A DNA stretch of 64,000 nucleotides from Styela clava (taxonomy: Eukaryota): positions 15,748,001 through 15,812,000 of the forward strand of contig NC_135254.1 of assembly GCF_964204865.1 (NCBI RefSeq). Direction: 5' to 3'. Under the pieces are notes generated by a model. The model ran no database searches, had not been told where the DNA came from, and saw only the letters and a program-made list of their open reading frames with translations. The position numbers and the translations under genes were made by a program. The stretch's first letter is position 1; each line of letters begins with the position of its first letter. Of the stretch, positions 49,201-59,650 are shown one piece after another.

Positions 49201-52035
49201 GTCAATGAAGTTAGGGACGTTGAGCATGATATGGTTGGATCTACAGATGATGGCGCTATTCAATTTTCTACTCCTGCAATAGATATAGATTGTTATCAAA
49301 ATCCAACAACTGATCTCTCTGCTAGTCCTTCTGTCATGAAACGAAAAAAGTTGAAACTTTTACCGATGCCGAAATTATTTCTGCAAAAGAAAGTGAAGAG
49401 TTGTTTATGCGAACCTCACTTCAATTTTCAGTCCATCAAAATGCAATTGGACTATGTCAACACAATAGCTGAATATTACGCAAGATCAAATGCATTAGAA
49501 GCAGGATTTGAAGTTTGTAAAAAGATTTTCAAAGCAATTTCCAATTTGGACACTCGATCTAATTTAATTCCGCTTATGGACGATGTCGATTTAAACGAAT
49601 TTTTTTTGCCACAAGTTGCATCTAGTCATATCGTAAATTCAAGATTACACTTGCTTAAACTCAACATTGAGGAATCTCTAAGCAGTTGCAATGAAGCAAC
49701 AAAGTCATTGGATTTGGATAATTTCACAGACATTAATTATTTTATAATAAAGTCGAGGATAAAATTTCAGCATTCCTGTATTGCTGGACCGAAATCATCG
49801 TCCAAAAATGTTTCCATTGATTCTGCATTGTTAAATGCAGTTATCGACGGACTTTCAAAATGCCATATCTCCTCTACAGAAGAGACCGAAGTACACACTC
49901 CTGTAATGGAAAGAAGAAGAAAGAAAGTATCTACTACTAAAAAAGCAAAACCTGGCTCTGTTCCAGCACGGGCGAACAGGGCAACTTCATCCAGAACTAA
50001 AAAGAAAGAACCTTCGAAAAATTTCAAAATATTCACAGAAAAAAATGAAAAAGAAAACAAGCTACCCGTACCGGAGTATATTACGTCAAGAAGTCCGTCA
50101 CCATGCAGTAAAAACGTTTATGAATTTATGTCCAGCGGTGACGATGAAAAAACTCCTGCGAAAAAATCTCTAAAAAATTCACAAAACATTATGCAAGCAC
50201 GTAAAGCCGCAACACGAAGGCATAGAAAACAATTTGGCAACATTTATTCAGATGATGATAAGGAAAGAGTGAGGGGTAGAATTGGTAAACCCAGTGTTGC
50301 CAGAAGTTTTACTAAACCTGGAAAAGGCAAACAAATTTTAAATGAAGTTCCAGATTCTAACTATTCAACTGAAATTATGCTGACTTATTTATTAGATGCA
50401 TTGTCATCTGCGAATGTGGTTGGTGATTTTTTGACAATGAAATTATGTGCTCAAGCAATCTCTGCTTGTCATCATGTTTCCGCTAAGGAAAGTGAAAGAG
50501 TACAAGATATTATCAAGGCTACTGCGTTCCATCTCTTTTCAGTTGGCGTTACCACAAGATCAGCGATGCATCTTTATGCTAAAACAATCAAAAATGTGCC
50601 ATGTTCGTCTAAAAAGTGTGTGCCTACTTGTACTTGCGTTCACAAATTAATGAAGGAGGCAAGCCCCGGTCATGCTTTGAAATCATGTACAACAGACAGT
50701 GATGGTTATATCAATAGCATTACAGATCTTCTGCCTAAGGATTGGACAATTTGTGTTATATCTCTATCACAGCAATCTGGAGGTTCCAAACTTCTTCTTT
50801 CCAGACTTAGACATGGCATTGCTCCATTACATATTCAAACTGATGGAACTTATTTAGAAGAGATCTTGGAAAAATTCAGTGATTTGATGGTAAGAAATAC
50901 TGCTGCATTGAAATCAAGGGATAGAAATTATTGGTGGACACAAAGACGTAACTTCAATACTGAACTTGGAAGCATCCTTGATACATTGGGTACCAAAGCT
51001 CTTGGCTGTAACATCGGGATTTTACGTGGCAAGCTGGTGGATGAAGCAGTAGCAAATAAATTTTATGATACTGTTAACGATATTATGGAAAAATTCAAGG
51101 TTCCAAAATACAAAGAACAGAATATTGAAGTGTTACTAAACTCTTGGGGCTTCTTGACAGCCGAACAAAAATTACAAGGCATTATTGATGTGTGTGGAAA
51201 TACAACTACGACAAAAAACATCTCAGCGATTTCTAGTGCACTAGAAACATCATCAAGTGACTTAGATCTAAACAATCAATCCAGGCATCATGTTATACTA
51301 ATACTAGATAAGGATGTCCAACTTTTGCCATGGGAGGTCACAGTTCAACTTCAGGGTGAGTCGGTAACCAGATTACCATCTGCAGATCTGTTGAAGCTCC
51401 AACTACACCTATTAAATTCTGCTGAAAACAATGTTGCAAAAAAAGGTGTGAATTTAAAAGATGTTTCTTATATTTTAAACCCAAATGGGGATTTAGTAAA
51501 ATCAGAAGAACGATATAAAGATTGGTTTCAGGGTATGAAATCATGGAAGGGAATTGTATCACGAGAACCTCGACAAAAAGAATGGATTTCAAGTATCACA
51601 GAATTTGATCTCTTCATTTTTTGTGGACACGGATCAGGGACAAAGTACGTTTCTAGCACAGATTTTCGCAACATAAAAACAAGAGCTGCTGCATTACTGA
51701 TGGGTTGTGGAAGCGCAAAATTAGACCAACCAGGTGTTTTTGAGCCTGGAGGTATTGTCATAAATTATCTTATGACGGGATCGCCGTGTATCCTAGGATG
51801 TCTTTGGAAGGTCACCGATAAGGACATCGACATGTTTTTGTGTAAACTTTTGGAAAATTGGGCAGATGGTAAAAAAGAAATGATGCCACGATGCACAGAT
51901 AAAGCTCGGAAAGCCTTGAAAATGCCTCACATCAATGGAGCTGCTTGTGTTATTTATGGACTTCCTATTCACTGCCAACTTACGATAGCAAAGTTTTTAA
52001 AAAGTATTCCCAAAGAATTCTTAAGTTCATCTTGA
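46297..52035 (+). CDS. ESPL1: Separase (peptidase C50), single-exon CDS, 1912 aa
   Basis: C-terminal separase motifs YWWTQRR, LILDKDVQLLPWE, VTRLPS, YILNPNGDL, FIFCGHGSG (His1778), LLMGCGS (Cys1804) and GCLWKVTDKDID, preceded by a long helical N-terminus. Acceptor TTCACAG ends at 46281, 15 nt before the ATG. Confidence 0.96.
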   Translation: MGEIGDVLRAQQSILSKKAQAYSKVFQNKGTSEEKRIKVIHAILYDVIAENKNRSGTNISEIVLTCVRYLIQNWKIIEDTKAIQLDVLINGAFKRALEIKEDNEYIKQLVDCLQDLIPLPGGCSKKVSDWIAYKLKNFYKNDIKCRCQKDCEVVKCFEMELLSLCISSSSGSTSEFELISNVMITSEKHLSRSNFSDSHVKCVANTSMNFLLNSKISENNKSSSQFQTLLKMIENIILLNNGKNEQSERRISEHMENIETSVSTLQSLNKKSEQSDTNGHTKVYLTIFKCYLTMVTNIEGKINGSLKNIVKCINMFSNLTNGTKSLEVLNKVVNFYYFAFKITTTDCMKMILEDLNVLLERNVEILSLKDNILDSVLYFLEIVTRICAAGINYKGTDNFDSSVETVAQNLFNCIFEYEFEDSGKTSALFTNVAIVLVKVKRKLLKNLSAMKIVEKSLVKVQYSVAKPLISHWVKAKLRESNCLDGKKLEQFKKRTILHEIKNSISKQSMEEILLAELEIYRSINNTEMEQLSVINTISNQCHLQMRRKALLSCNKIELEYELGECSEHNFKTIYPLCKPDSETWECYVQVKLIEFMEMWSKAVQNSSDKSLYINTQILNEIVLLCEKAAEEKYPFSMHEKTFKAIHKVSALLQLFQKPIMNVRLMTACHVFLSDCDETEETIVTLWNNCSVLCELGFGYLALRQVKLAEKYSKLASVAFNKYIDYIDGCNDSETGSKARNTLFTKFKILLAEINCALGNDVEAQEVIDGCMKEDFLSLEVIQRSITALFCSVQAMSSNCNILGPDSTEMRISKLLATSRRIASLKVSILPNLHTVQSKSGSEEGIIFDIKPNEGYYDPFIQLSAMNYFFENLYKVSEAYLIMGDPKMANGYCQIGLVHSKYLCLKNWYASFCVVKLQIASLSQDEENFPQLCKYFCQVNECECMSDKSVLDDSVLQCENDDYDDIGKDVNEVRDVEHDMVGSTDDGAIQFSTPAIDIDCYQNPTTDLSASPSVMKRKKLKLLPMPKLFLQKKVKSCLCEPHFNFQSIKMQLDYVNTIAEYYARSNALEAGFEVCKKIFKAISNLDTRSNLIPLMDDVDLNEFFLPQVASSHIVNSRLHLLKLNIEESLSSCNEATKSLDLDNFTDINYFIIKSRIKFQHSCIAGPKSSSKNVSIDSALLNAVIDGLSKCHISSTEETEVHTPVMERRRKKVSTTKKAKPGSVPARANRATSSRTKKKEPSKNFKIFTEKNEKENKLPVPEYITSRSPSPCSKNVYEFMSSGDDEKTPAKKSLKNSQNIMQARKAATRRHRKQFGNIYSDDDKERVRGRIGKPSVARSFTKPGKGKQILNEVPDSNYSTEIMLTYLLDALSSANVVGDFLTMKLCAQAISACHHVSAKESERVQDIIKATAFHLFSVGVTTRSAMHLYAKTIKNVPCSSKKCVPTCTCVHKLMKEASPGHALKSCTTDSDGYINSITDLLPKDWTICVISLSQQSGGSKLLLSRLRHGIAPLHIQTDGTYLEEILEKFSDLMVRNTAALKSRDRNYWWTQRRNFNTELGSILDTLGTKALGCNIGILRGKLVDEAVANKFYDTVNDIMEKFKVPKYKEQNIEVLLNSWGFLTAEQKLQGIIDVCGNTTTTKNISAISSALETSSSDLDLNNQSRHHVILILDKDVQLLPWEVTVQLQGESVTRLPSADLLKLQLHLLNSAENNVAKKGVNLKDVSYILNPNGDLVKSEERYKDWFQGMKSWKGIVSREPRQKEWISSITEFDLFIFCGHGSGTKYVSSTDFRNIKTRAAALLMGCGSAKLDQPGVFEPGGIVINYLMTGSPCILGCLWKVTDKDIDMFLCKLLENWADGKKEMMPRCTDKARKALKMPHINGAACVIYGLPIHCQLTIAKFLKSIPKEFLSSS

Positions 52036-53340
52036 AGCTTAGAGACTCTTGTAAAACACTGACAATTTCATGTTTCTGATATCGTATAGCAGTTTTATAG
52101 CATAATTTCTTGTGATATTGTATTGAATGGATTATGAAATTAATTTCACCAATGGTATATTTTAATCTTTTTCAAAGTGAAAGACTTGAACTGAATATTT
52201 CTTGATAGTTTCAAATCATTCTGGCTTGTTTTTCTTTCCATTTTTTAGGGAAAAACTGTCTTTTTATTAGTGTTTAACACGAAAATTTGTCTTCTCGTAC
52301 ATAACCCTCATTGGATTAACTTTTGATTGTTTATAGCTTGTGTTTGACGCATTGAGGATATATTCGATGGGGGACATGAAACCGTTTTTGGAGTGGTAAA
52401 ATGAGCGAACCCTATCTTATTTTTAGAGCTGTAACCTGTAAGTTTGGCATGGTTTTTCTGAAATGAAAAATATGTTGTCACTGAGTTCAATATAAAATTT
52501 TGATATCCCTCATATTGATACCTACTTTATTCTTTTCTGACTTCTGTCTATTTATGAATATTGAATCCCTTATTTGTAAGAACTTACAAATCTGTTCATG
52601 ATTGCTCCATCAGTTGTGTATGTTGCGAGTGTTTCATATCAGTTTATGTGATTGTAAGGATCATAAAAAATCATATTTTCTGTATTTTTTGTTTGAAATT
52701 GAATCGCATTGCCTTTATCACATTTCACCAATAACTGTTGTAGATCAACCAGGGCTATTTGGTCAGAGTTTAAAGGGTTTGCAGTTAGGCCAGACTTATA
52801 ATTCGTAATTCACCAGATTTGGAATTGCAGGCTTTCAATTGTGATAAAATGTCAAAACTTCCTATTAAAACTCAAATTGCAATAATTTCACTGATAATAC
52901 TCAACAATTGTCTTTTGAATAAAGCTTGCGTATGAGTTAAGAGCTGGAATCGAGTGGAAATATTCTATGTCTAAATCAAGTTTTTTAATAACCGAGGGTC
53001 TCCAGAGCCATGACACCAACATAATCATAACCAATGTTTAACCCATGCTGGATATGAAATGCTGCTATGTTCTTCTCACTGCCTGACCATTTATGATATT
53101 TTAAGTTCAGAATCTGTTCTTGTTTGAAGTTGAATTTATTTATTTTGCTTGACTTGTGTTTGTGCTCAAGTTGTATTTGCTGTTTTTGATTGTATATTTT
53201 CAAGAATTAATGAGAAATTATGTAATATATGTTTGTTTCGATTCTGTGGAAGAATCAATCGATATTGACGTTTAAGCATCTTTAAACTAGATTGGGAAAT
53301 AGTTTATGGTTTGCTTGTTATTACTGAACTAGGATACATA

Positions 53341-53489
53341 CAAGGTGACCCCGAAAACACAATCCATTAATTCTACAAAGAGGTTTCTGTATGATTGTAT
53401 CGAAAGTTTCAGACGCTTTGCGCAAAAGTTGTTTTCTGTCCAGGATATGTTGCAAATGACCTGGGTTCTGCTTTTTTGGGGTCACCGTG
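53341..53489. mobile_element. 149-bp Tc1/mariner-type MITE
   Basis: TIRs CAAGGTGACCCCGAAAA / TTTTTGGGGTCACCGTG with TA on both sides; a related end occurs at about 3715-3755. Confidence 0.75.
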
Positions 53490-54325
53490 TACTGTGAGAT
53501 TGTGGAGTTGTGAGTCTTCTTTCTAAACTGCGCGCAGCAGAAGGTTAATGTAATTGAAGCCAATAGGAAAGCATAGACTTTGACAAAGCACTTCCTACAA
53601 GCATCAAAAGCTTACTCCAGTTTTCTTACGAGCTGAAGTCAAGAATTTTGTCGACATGGGGTCTGATTCAGAGATGCCAGGACATAAATTTTTCACAACA
53701 CCGGGATGCAGGACGGTAGTCTGCCATTTGTCCCAAACGAAACCCTCTAAATTTTTATCCTAACCCGATTTTACACAACATGAATTGCAGTTTTGATCAA
53801 AACCATCCAAAAAGACAATGTATTATTAGAACTACATCGCACACTGTTTTCTCAATACAAAACTAAATGCATTGAAACATTGCTTTTCTCATAGGCGGCG
53901 CGTTGTTCATTGCTCAACACAAAGCACTGTACTTGCAAACAGTGATATCTAACAGAAAGGAGCTACAATTTTCATAAGGATCAGAATCTCTCCTGTCAGC
54001 ATTGCCTACGCAATTCATTACATCGTGGGTAAGGTGGCAGATATGGGTTCATAACCAACGATGTGTAATCTGCAAAACCAACTGCTAACTTGTTGACTAA
54101 TCTACAACTTCTGCACAAACCCAAACTCCAATATTCAAAAGAAAACACCATCGAGGCTAAAACTTTGTACACATTTATTATTATAATATCTGCGCTTGTA
54201 CTAAGTAATAGCGAAAAAACAATTTTTATAACACACAAATGAGCAACCCCCTTATATTCGTCTTTGTTCATAATAATAATATACAAAAAATTTACGATAA
54301 AAATTATACCATAGAATCAGGGGAC

Positions 54326-54427
54326 CTCCTGGAGTATGCGCACCAAGATGGCGCACAACCTGAACACAGGTTGTGTACCAGGTTAGGGTTCAGGTTGTGC
54401 AACATCGTGGTGCACATACTTCAGGAG
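54326..54427. repeat. 102-bp fold-back element (40-bp arms, GGTTAGGGTT near the loop)
   Basis: CTCCTGGAGTATGCGCACCAAGATGGCGCACAACCTGAAC pairs with GTTCAGGTTGTGCAACATCGTGGTGCACATACTTCAGGAG, with 5 mismatches. Confidence 0.8.
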
Positions 54428-55235
54428 TAATGAATTAGGTCACGAAACATCAGCTATCGATAGTTCATTTTTGGCTCGAACTCAACTGAAGCAAGTTATG
54501 AACAAGACGGACATAAGTGGAAGAAAAATAAAGTTATGTAATACAATAAGTAGGAACTCCATAGAACTCATTGGCAACAAAAAAAAGTAAAAGCTGACAT
54601 GTGCTTTTGTCATCAACGGCACTCCAATATACAGCCAATCAGAACAAGAGCTGTTAAAGTGTCATTGTTTATTAAAATGATTATGATGAACTACAGCTAA
54701 AGAATTAGTCCAGTAACTATGAGACCAGGGTTCTAGTCATTGACAATTTTTGTTACAAATTCGTTTTCTGGAATGGGAATCTTGAATGACCCAAATTGGA
54801 AGATTAAATTCGGACGTCTGATATTTGGAGACAAAATTCGCAATCGAAACAGGCAAACCTTGCCAAAAATAAAACTTTCGCAGGCAAAATTTCGTTACAG
54901 AACCCGGGATTCCAAAGTTGCGAATCGAATGTACTGAATTTGGTGTTATTGGAGTTACTTCTTTTCGACTTCACAATAGGATAGCAATCATCAGGATAGG
55001 TTAAAAAGTGCTTGTATATATTGTTAGATATTGAAAATTCATTGAAGTAGACATGTTTCTATATTAGTATATTACCAATAGTAGAACACCAGTAGACGAC
55101 ATCAAATCCTATAATGACGAGCGTCAGTGACAAGCACCAAATTCCAACAAATAATCAAGGTAGCTAGCTGCTAGTCAACTAATGAAAGCTATAGTCTTAA
55201 TTCAAACACACAAACCAAATTATTACCGCTTAGTT

Positions 55236-55717
55236 CAGGGGTCGGGAACCCATGGCTCGCGAGCCATATATGGCTCTTTTGGTGACGACATGTGGTAAGG
55301 CTAAGCTTACTATTGTTACGAGATTTCAAACTCTTTTATAAACAAATTTGGCAGAAAATTCCCAATACGTTTGAGAATGTGCGCCCAGCACATGTCTATG
55401 ATATGTAAGAAAATTTCCAAACAGGCATTGTGACAAAACTAGGGGATTCTGGAACATATTTCGTGACATCACAAAGCGATGGAGTTTTTAAAGTACTATG
55501 GAGATGACGAAACAAAAAAAGGGTGATGAGTATCGTAGATTTCAACTTGTGTCACTTGAATCATTAGTCACAATTAATGTATATTGACATTGTATGTGTT
55601 TTGAGTAAAAATTTCAGGCCTCATTCAAGTGAAAAATACTGTATGGCTCACACGGAAATGCAATTGAAAATATGTGCCTTTTATGGCTCTCTTGACCAAA
55701 AAGGTTCCCGACCCCTG
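55236..55717. mobile_element. 482-bp hAT (Charlie/Buster-like) MITE
   Basis: 15-bp perfect TIRs CAGGGGTCGGGAACC / GGTTCCCGACCCCTG and 8-bp TSD GCTTAGTT. Confidence 0.93.
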
Positions 55718-58265
55718 GCTTAGTTCATTGTAGAGCATAAAACAATGGCAGAATTTTCTGAGGGACAAATATATGAAAATAAATGTATACCTCGGGATAA
55801 CAAAATAAAACACTAAAAAGAAACAATTTATTAGCATTTATTGATCAATTGTGAGGTAGTAATACCCAGAGGCAGTTTTTGGTATACAGCAAATAGTAGA
55901 GTGAAATCCCCAAATATTTATTGAGATATCAATGGATCTCTGAATGAGGATGCCCTTATAAAATCCGAAAACAGTTTCCGATCCAATTTACAATTTCACC
56001 AATACAAAATTTTTTTCGAAGAGAGTTTGGGCTAAACTGATTAAAAATAAGTAAAATCACTGACATTAACATTTAGATTCTGTGATATGTGTGCCAAATA
56101 TGGGCGCTCCAGGCGTCAGTTTTTGCGAAAAATCCCCAATTCGCAAGGGAAGAATTTTCCCCAGACAAATATGAGAAGCACATAAAATTTCACTAAACTT
56201 ATATCATTTAATACCAATTACCATAACAAATACAAGATTACCCAAAGTGGTACCCATAAATTTCTTAATTATCTTTACGAAAATAAAGAAATTTATTTAA
56301 TATTTCAAATTATTTTTGTGTAAGATTGTACACAATATATATATTCTCTTTAAAATATGTTCCAAATGACTTGGCTGTTTTTTGGGTCAACCTGTATTAT
56401 CTGTCTGGAATTATTCTTTCAGCAATACTCAATATGAATGGGGCCTTTGATTTAGCGTCAAGAACTCTAAATATAGAGAAGCAAGAAACCATACAATTTA
56501 ATTTGAATGCACAGTAAACCAAAACTGATAATCCATGAAACTATTATGTCATCATAATATACAGTCAACTATATCATCTGTTCAAATGTAGAGTAGTAAA
56601 AGCTTAAAAACCTATGAAGTCAGGATAAGGTTAGAATGTGAAATATTAAGAGAAATTCCCAAAATCTGCTAACGGCAAGGACAAAGACCAATTATACCAT
56701 ACAATTAAAATAATAAGGAGAATACACATTCATTTTGTAGTAACTCTTTGGAATAATGTAATAGCATTCTCTTCATAATCTACCTCGTATTAGTATGAAG
56801 AAATTTATGTAACACTTCAACTTCTGTTTTTGTACGATTGTCGATTCTAACTAAAAATTTTAGTAATCTAGGACGTTTTGGACAAAAGTTAAATCATCTG
56901 TAGAATATGTTCTAAATTACCTGGGTTATGTTTTTTATAGGGCCACCCATAAGTTCAAATATTTGATATTAAAACCCGAAATAAACACAAATATAAATGT
57001 TGAAAATGCATTCAAAACAAAAAACAGCCAATAGGAAAAAAGCAATCAAACACATAACATAACGCCATTTTTTCATAAGTCACATATGTGACAATTCATA
57101 AACACAAATCATGTTAGTGAGTGTATTCAATCAAAGTGAACAATTTGATTGCTAACAACGTTACCCAAGAGTAAAACACATTTGTTGAAACTTATCAGAA
57201 ACCATTTTTTTTAATTATCCGAATTTTGAATATTTCAACAACATGATTGTGAACATTTATAAACAAATAACAATAAGTCAAGTGAAAAAAATGCTGCAAA
57301 GAGAGCACAAGATTTATATACTATACAAAGAAAAGGGTGAAAAAAAACCGTTAAATGCTGTTATTATAATTAATAATCAGGTAATAGAATTAAAAACAAA
57401 TCGTTTGGAACATGGTGGTATGTACAAAAAATAAACTGAAACTGTGAAAGTATTTATAAAATCATGTCCAAAACTATAATGACAAACCACATCCGCTAGT
57501 AGAAGAATTCGAAAAAAATTACATAAAAATTTATGTGAGTCTACTACAGCTCTTCAAATTTCTTTCAGTTTCTACACTGAAATAGGTAGTTATATTTTTG
57601 TCTTTCAAAGCTTCAATAAGCTTCTGCTATCCCTGTATTATCATTCAAAATCACTTTTGGGAAACAAATTTAAATCTGTTGTAGGCCCATCAGAAAGATA
57701 TTGCAGCTAATTTTGAAAGTACCATATTTGCCATGGATGGTAGAGAAATTTCTTACTTCAACAATTTTCTCCGTGGGATATTCCACGCAAATCTCCCATT
57801 AAGAAAATTTCTTGGGAAACTTTTCTGAGTGGACTTCCCTTGGCTAAATTTTCATGGATCGAACCATACAGATAGTGGGTTGTAAATAAATTTTTCAAGA
57901 ACTTCTGATATTTTAAATCCATTTATCACATGATTAAAATTTTTTAAAAGTATTGGCTATTTTCAAAAATTTCAGTTATTTTTGATAATTTTGGTACTTT
58001 TAAAAATTCATTTATAAATAACATGATACAGCCATACAAAGTGAGTACGGTACATATAAAATAGCAAATTTGATTTTTAGATTTCTGCAATACACCTTTC
58101 ACTTAATTTCAAATTTAGCTCCGATAAATTCCTCAACGAAGTTAGTGTCAAGTTAAAAATTCTCAGTGCACAAGTAATTTTAACTGGATGTTCACCAATA
58201 TAGTTTATGACACCAATAAAGAAAATCTCAAATAAAAATTAAAAAAAAAATCGTTTTAGTATATT

Positions 58266-58406
58266 TTAATTGTTCACTTCCAGTATTAACGGGTTCATAT
58301 CATCTTCGTTGGTGCCTTTCAGAGTCAAAATTGTGTTTGAAAATAAGACGTTTATCGTTCTTAAGACAGGGAGAAGCAGAAGAAGCTCTGAATATATGAT
58401 GCATGC
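58266..58406 (-). CDS. VDR/PXR-like receptor terminal exon (helices 10-12, AF-2)
   Basis: TTTTTCAG acceptor, then ACIIYSELLLLLPVLRTINVLFSNTILTLKGTNEDDMNPLILEVNN*; PLILEV resembles the VDR AF-2 PLVLEV; in frame with the preceding exon. Confidence 0.87.
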   Translation of the reverse strand, partial: ACIIYSELLLLLPVLRTINVLFSNTILTLKGTNEDDMNPLILEVNN

Positions 58407-59032
58407 CTGAAAAATTTTTACAGAAAGTTAAACTAACTAAAACAACTAAAATAAGTTTATTGTTGCGGTGTGAATATGTTAAAAAATCAAAACAATTTAA
58501 TACAAAGTATTTGTATGTCTTTCACACTGAAAAAGGTCCTGCATGAGCAAGTACTTGCCACTGATCTGTGCAAAATCATATTTTTTTGGAAGGTCCATGA
58601 TTTTTCCTGTCTGCCTTGCAGAGGAGACGAGTATTGTATTTTGAACTCAATGCTAACATAGTTAATTCTAACGCCTCAATCAATTGGCCAACGTGCACAA
58701 AAAAGAAATGTACTAAAATTTCACACCTATCATCTGCTAAAAAATTCATTTTCCAAAAAGTCAATCACATAGGGACCCTGAAACTATTTTGCATAGCCTT
58801 GAACCTTGAATTGAATCACTTTATATGCTTATTCTCGACACCATTGGCATCATATTATTAATTATACTGATAACAAAATTTACAAGTGGAATTTGAACAA
58901 TTGTAACGCAAAGAGATGAGTATCTTTGACTCTCTGACTATGAATATTATCATCATATTTGTTAAATGATCCAGTTTAAACTGGATTTGACATGATTGAA
59001 TTTGAAAAAGGAGCAAACAGTATAATTCTTAC

Positions 59033-59179
59033 CTTTTCAGGGTCGTTGTTTGTATATTCATAAGCACGTAAAGCTTGTGCAATTCTTTTTTGCATCAATT
59101 CTACCTTCTCGCAATTTTGAACTCCTGGTCTATCCGGTGAGAATAGCACAAGACCAATAAGAAGACAGATTTCCTCCAC
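59033..59179 (-). CDS. VDR/PXR-like (NR1I) nuclear receptor LBD exon (helices 8-9)
   Basis: VEEICLLIGLVLFSPDRPGVQNCEKVELMQKRIAQALRAYEY, containing the NR1 LFSPDRPGV signature; CAATATAG acceptor, AAG|GTAAGA donor; 147 nt. Confidence 0.88.
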
Positions 59180-59369
59180 CTATATTGAGAAGACATAAAA
59201 GGTTAGGAAATATAGAGCAGGCTACTTCTTATAAAATATAAAAATTTTGTGATTGAAATCGCTTCTTTCCGAGGTCTAAGTACCACACAGATGAAATTTT
59301 TCATGTGATACTTATTCGTGCTTTGCGGCAAACAAAGTCCTATACAATGATGCTGCTACAATTGTTTAT

Positions 59370-59650
59370 AAAAAATGGGATCTTTCCACATACACGGCCG
59401 GCCCACACATACAATCCATTTTCATACAGACCATTTCTGCACGACTTCAGCTCGAAACATGGCTCCGCACAAGGAGTCACGGATCTAACGATCTGAAAGA
59501 ATCCACTATTATTCGGGAGGACCAAAATCTTTCCTGCGTTCGACATTTCCTACCCAATTTATTACACACTGGGTGGGGTTGTGGGTATGGGATTTGAACC
59601 CAAGGTTTTGACCTGCAATGCCAACGCCGTCAAGTTAAGTCTTTAGGCCA
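59370..59650 (-). mobile_element. SINE-like repeat (family B) in the NR1I intron, approximate boundaries
   Basis: Minus strand reads GGGTTCAAATCC...CCCAGTGTGTAATAAATTGGGTAGG, matching 4720-4775. Confidence 0.55.

Noticed and set aside
47706-51978. Short antisense or alternative-frame ORFs within separase, and likewise within Gypsy 40818-43963
   Set aside because: Shadow ORFs of long coding sequences with no independent features.
59340-59546. ORF as an upstream exon of the NR1I gene
   Set aside because: No nuclear receptor similarity, and it overlaps a SINE-like repeat also seen at 4.7 kb.
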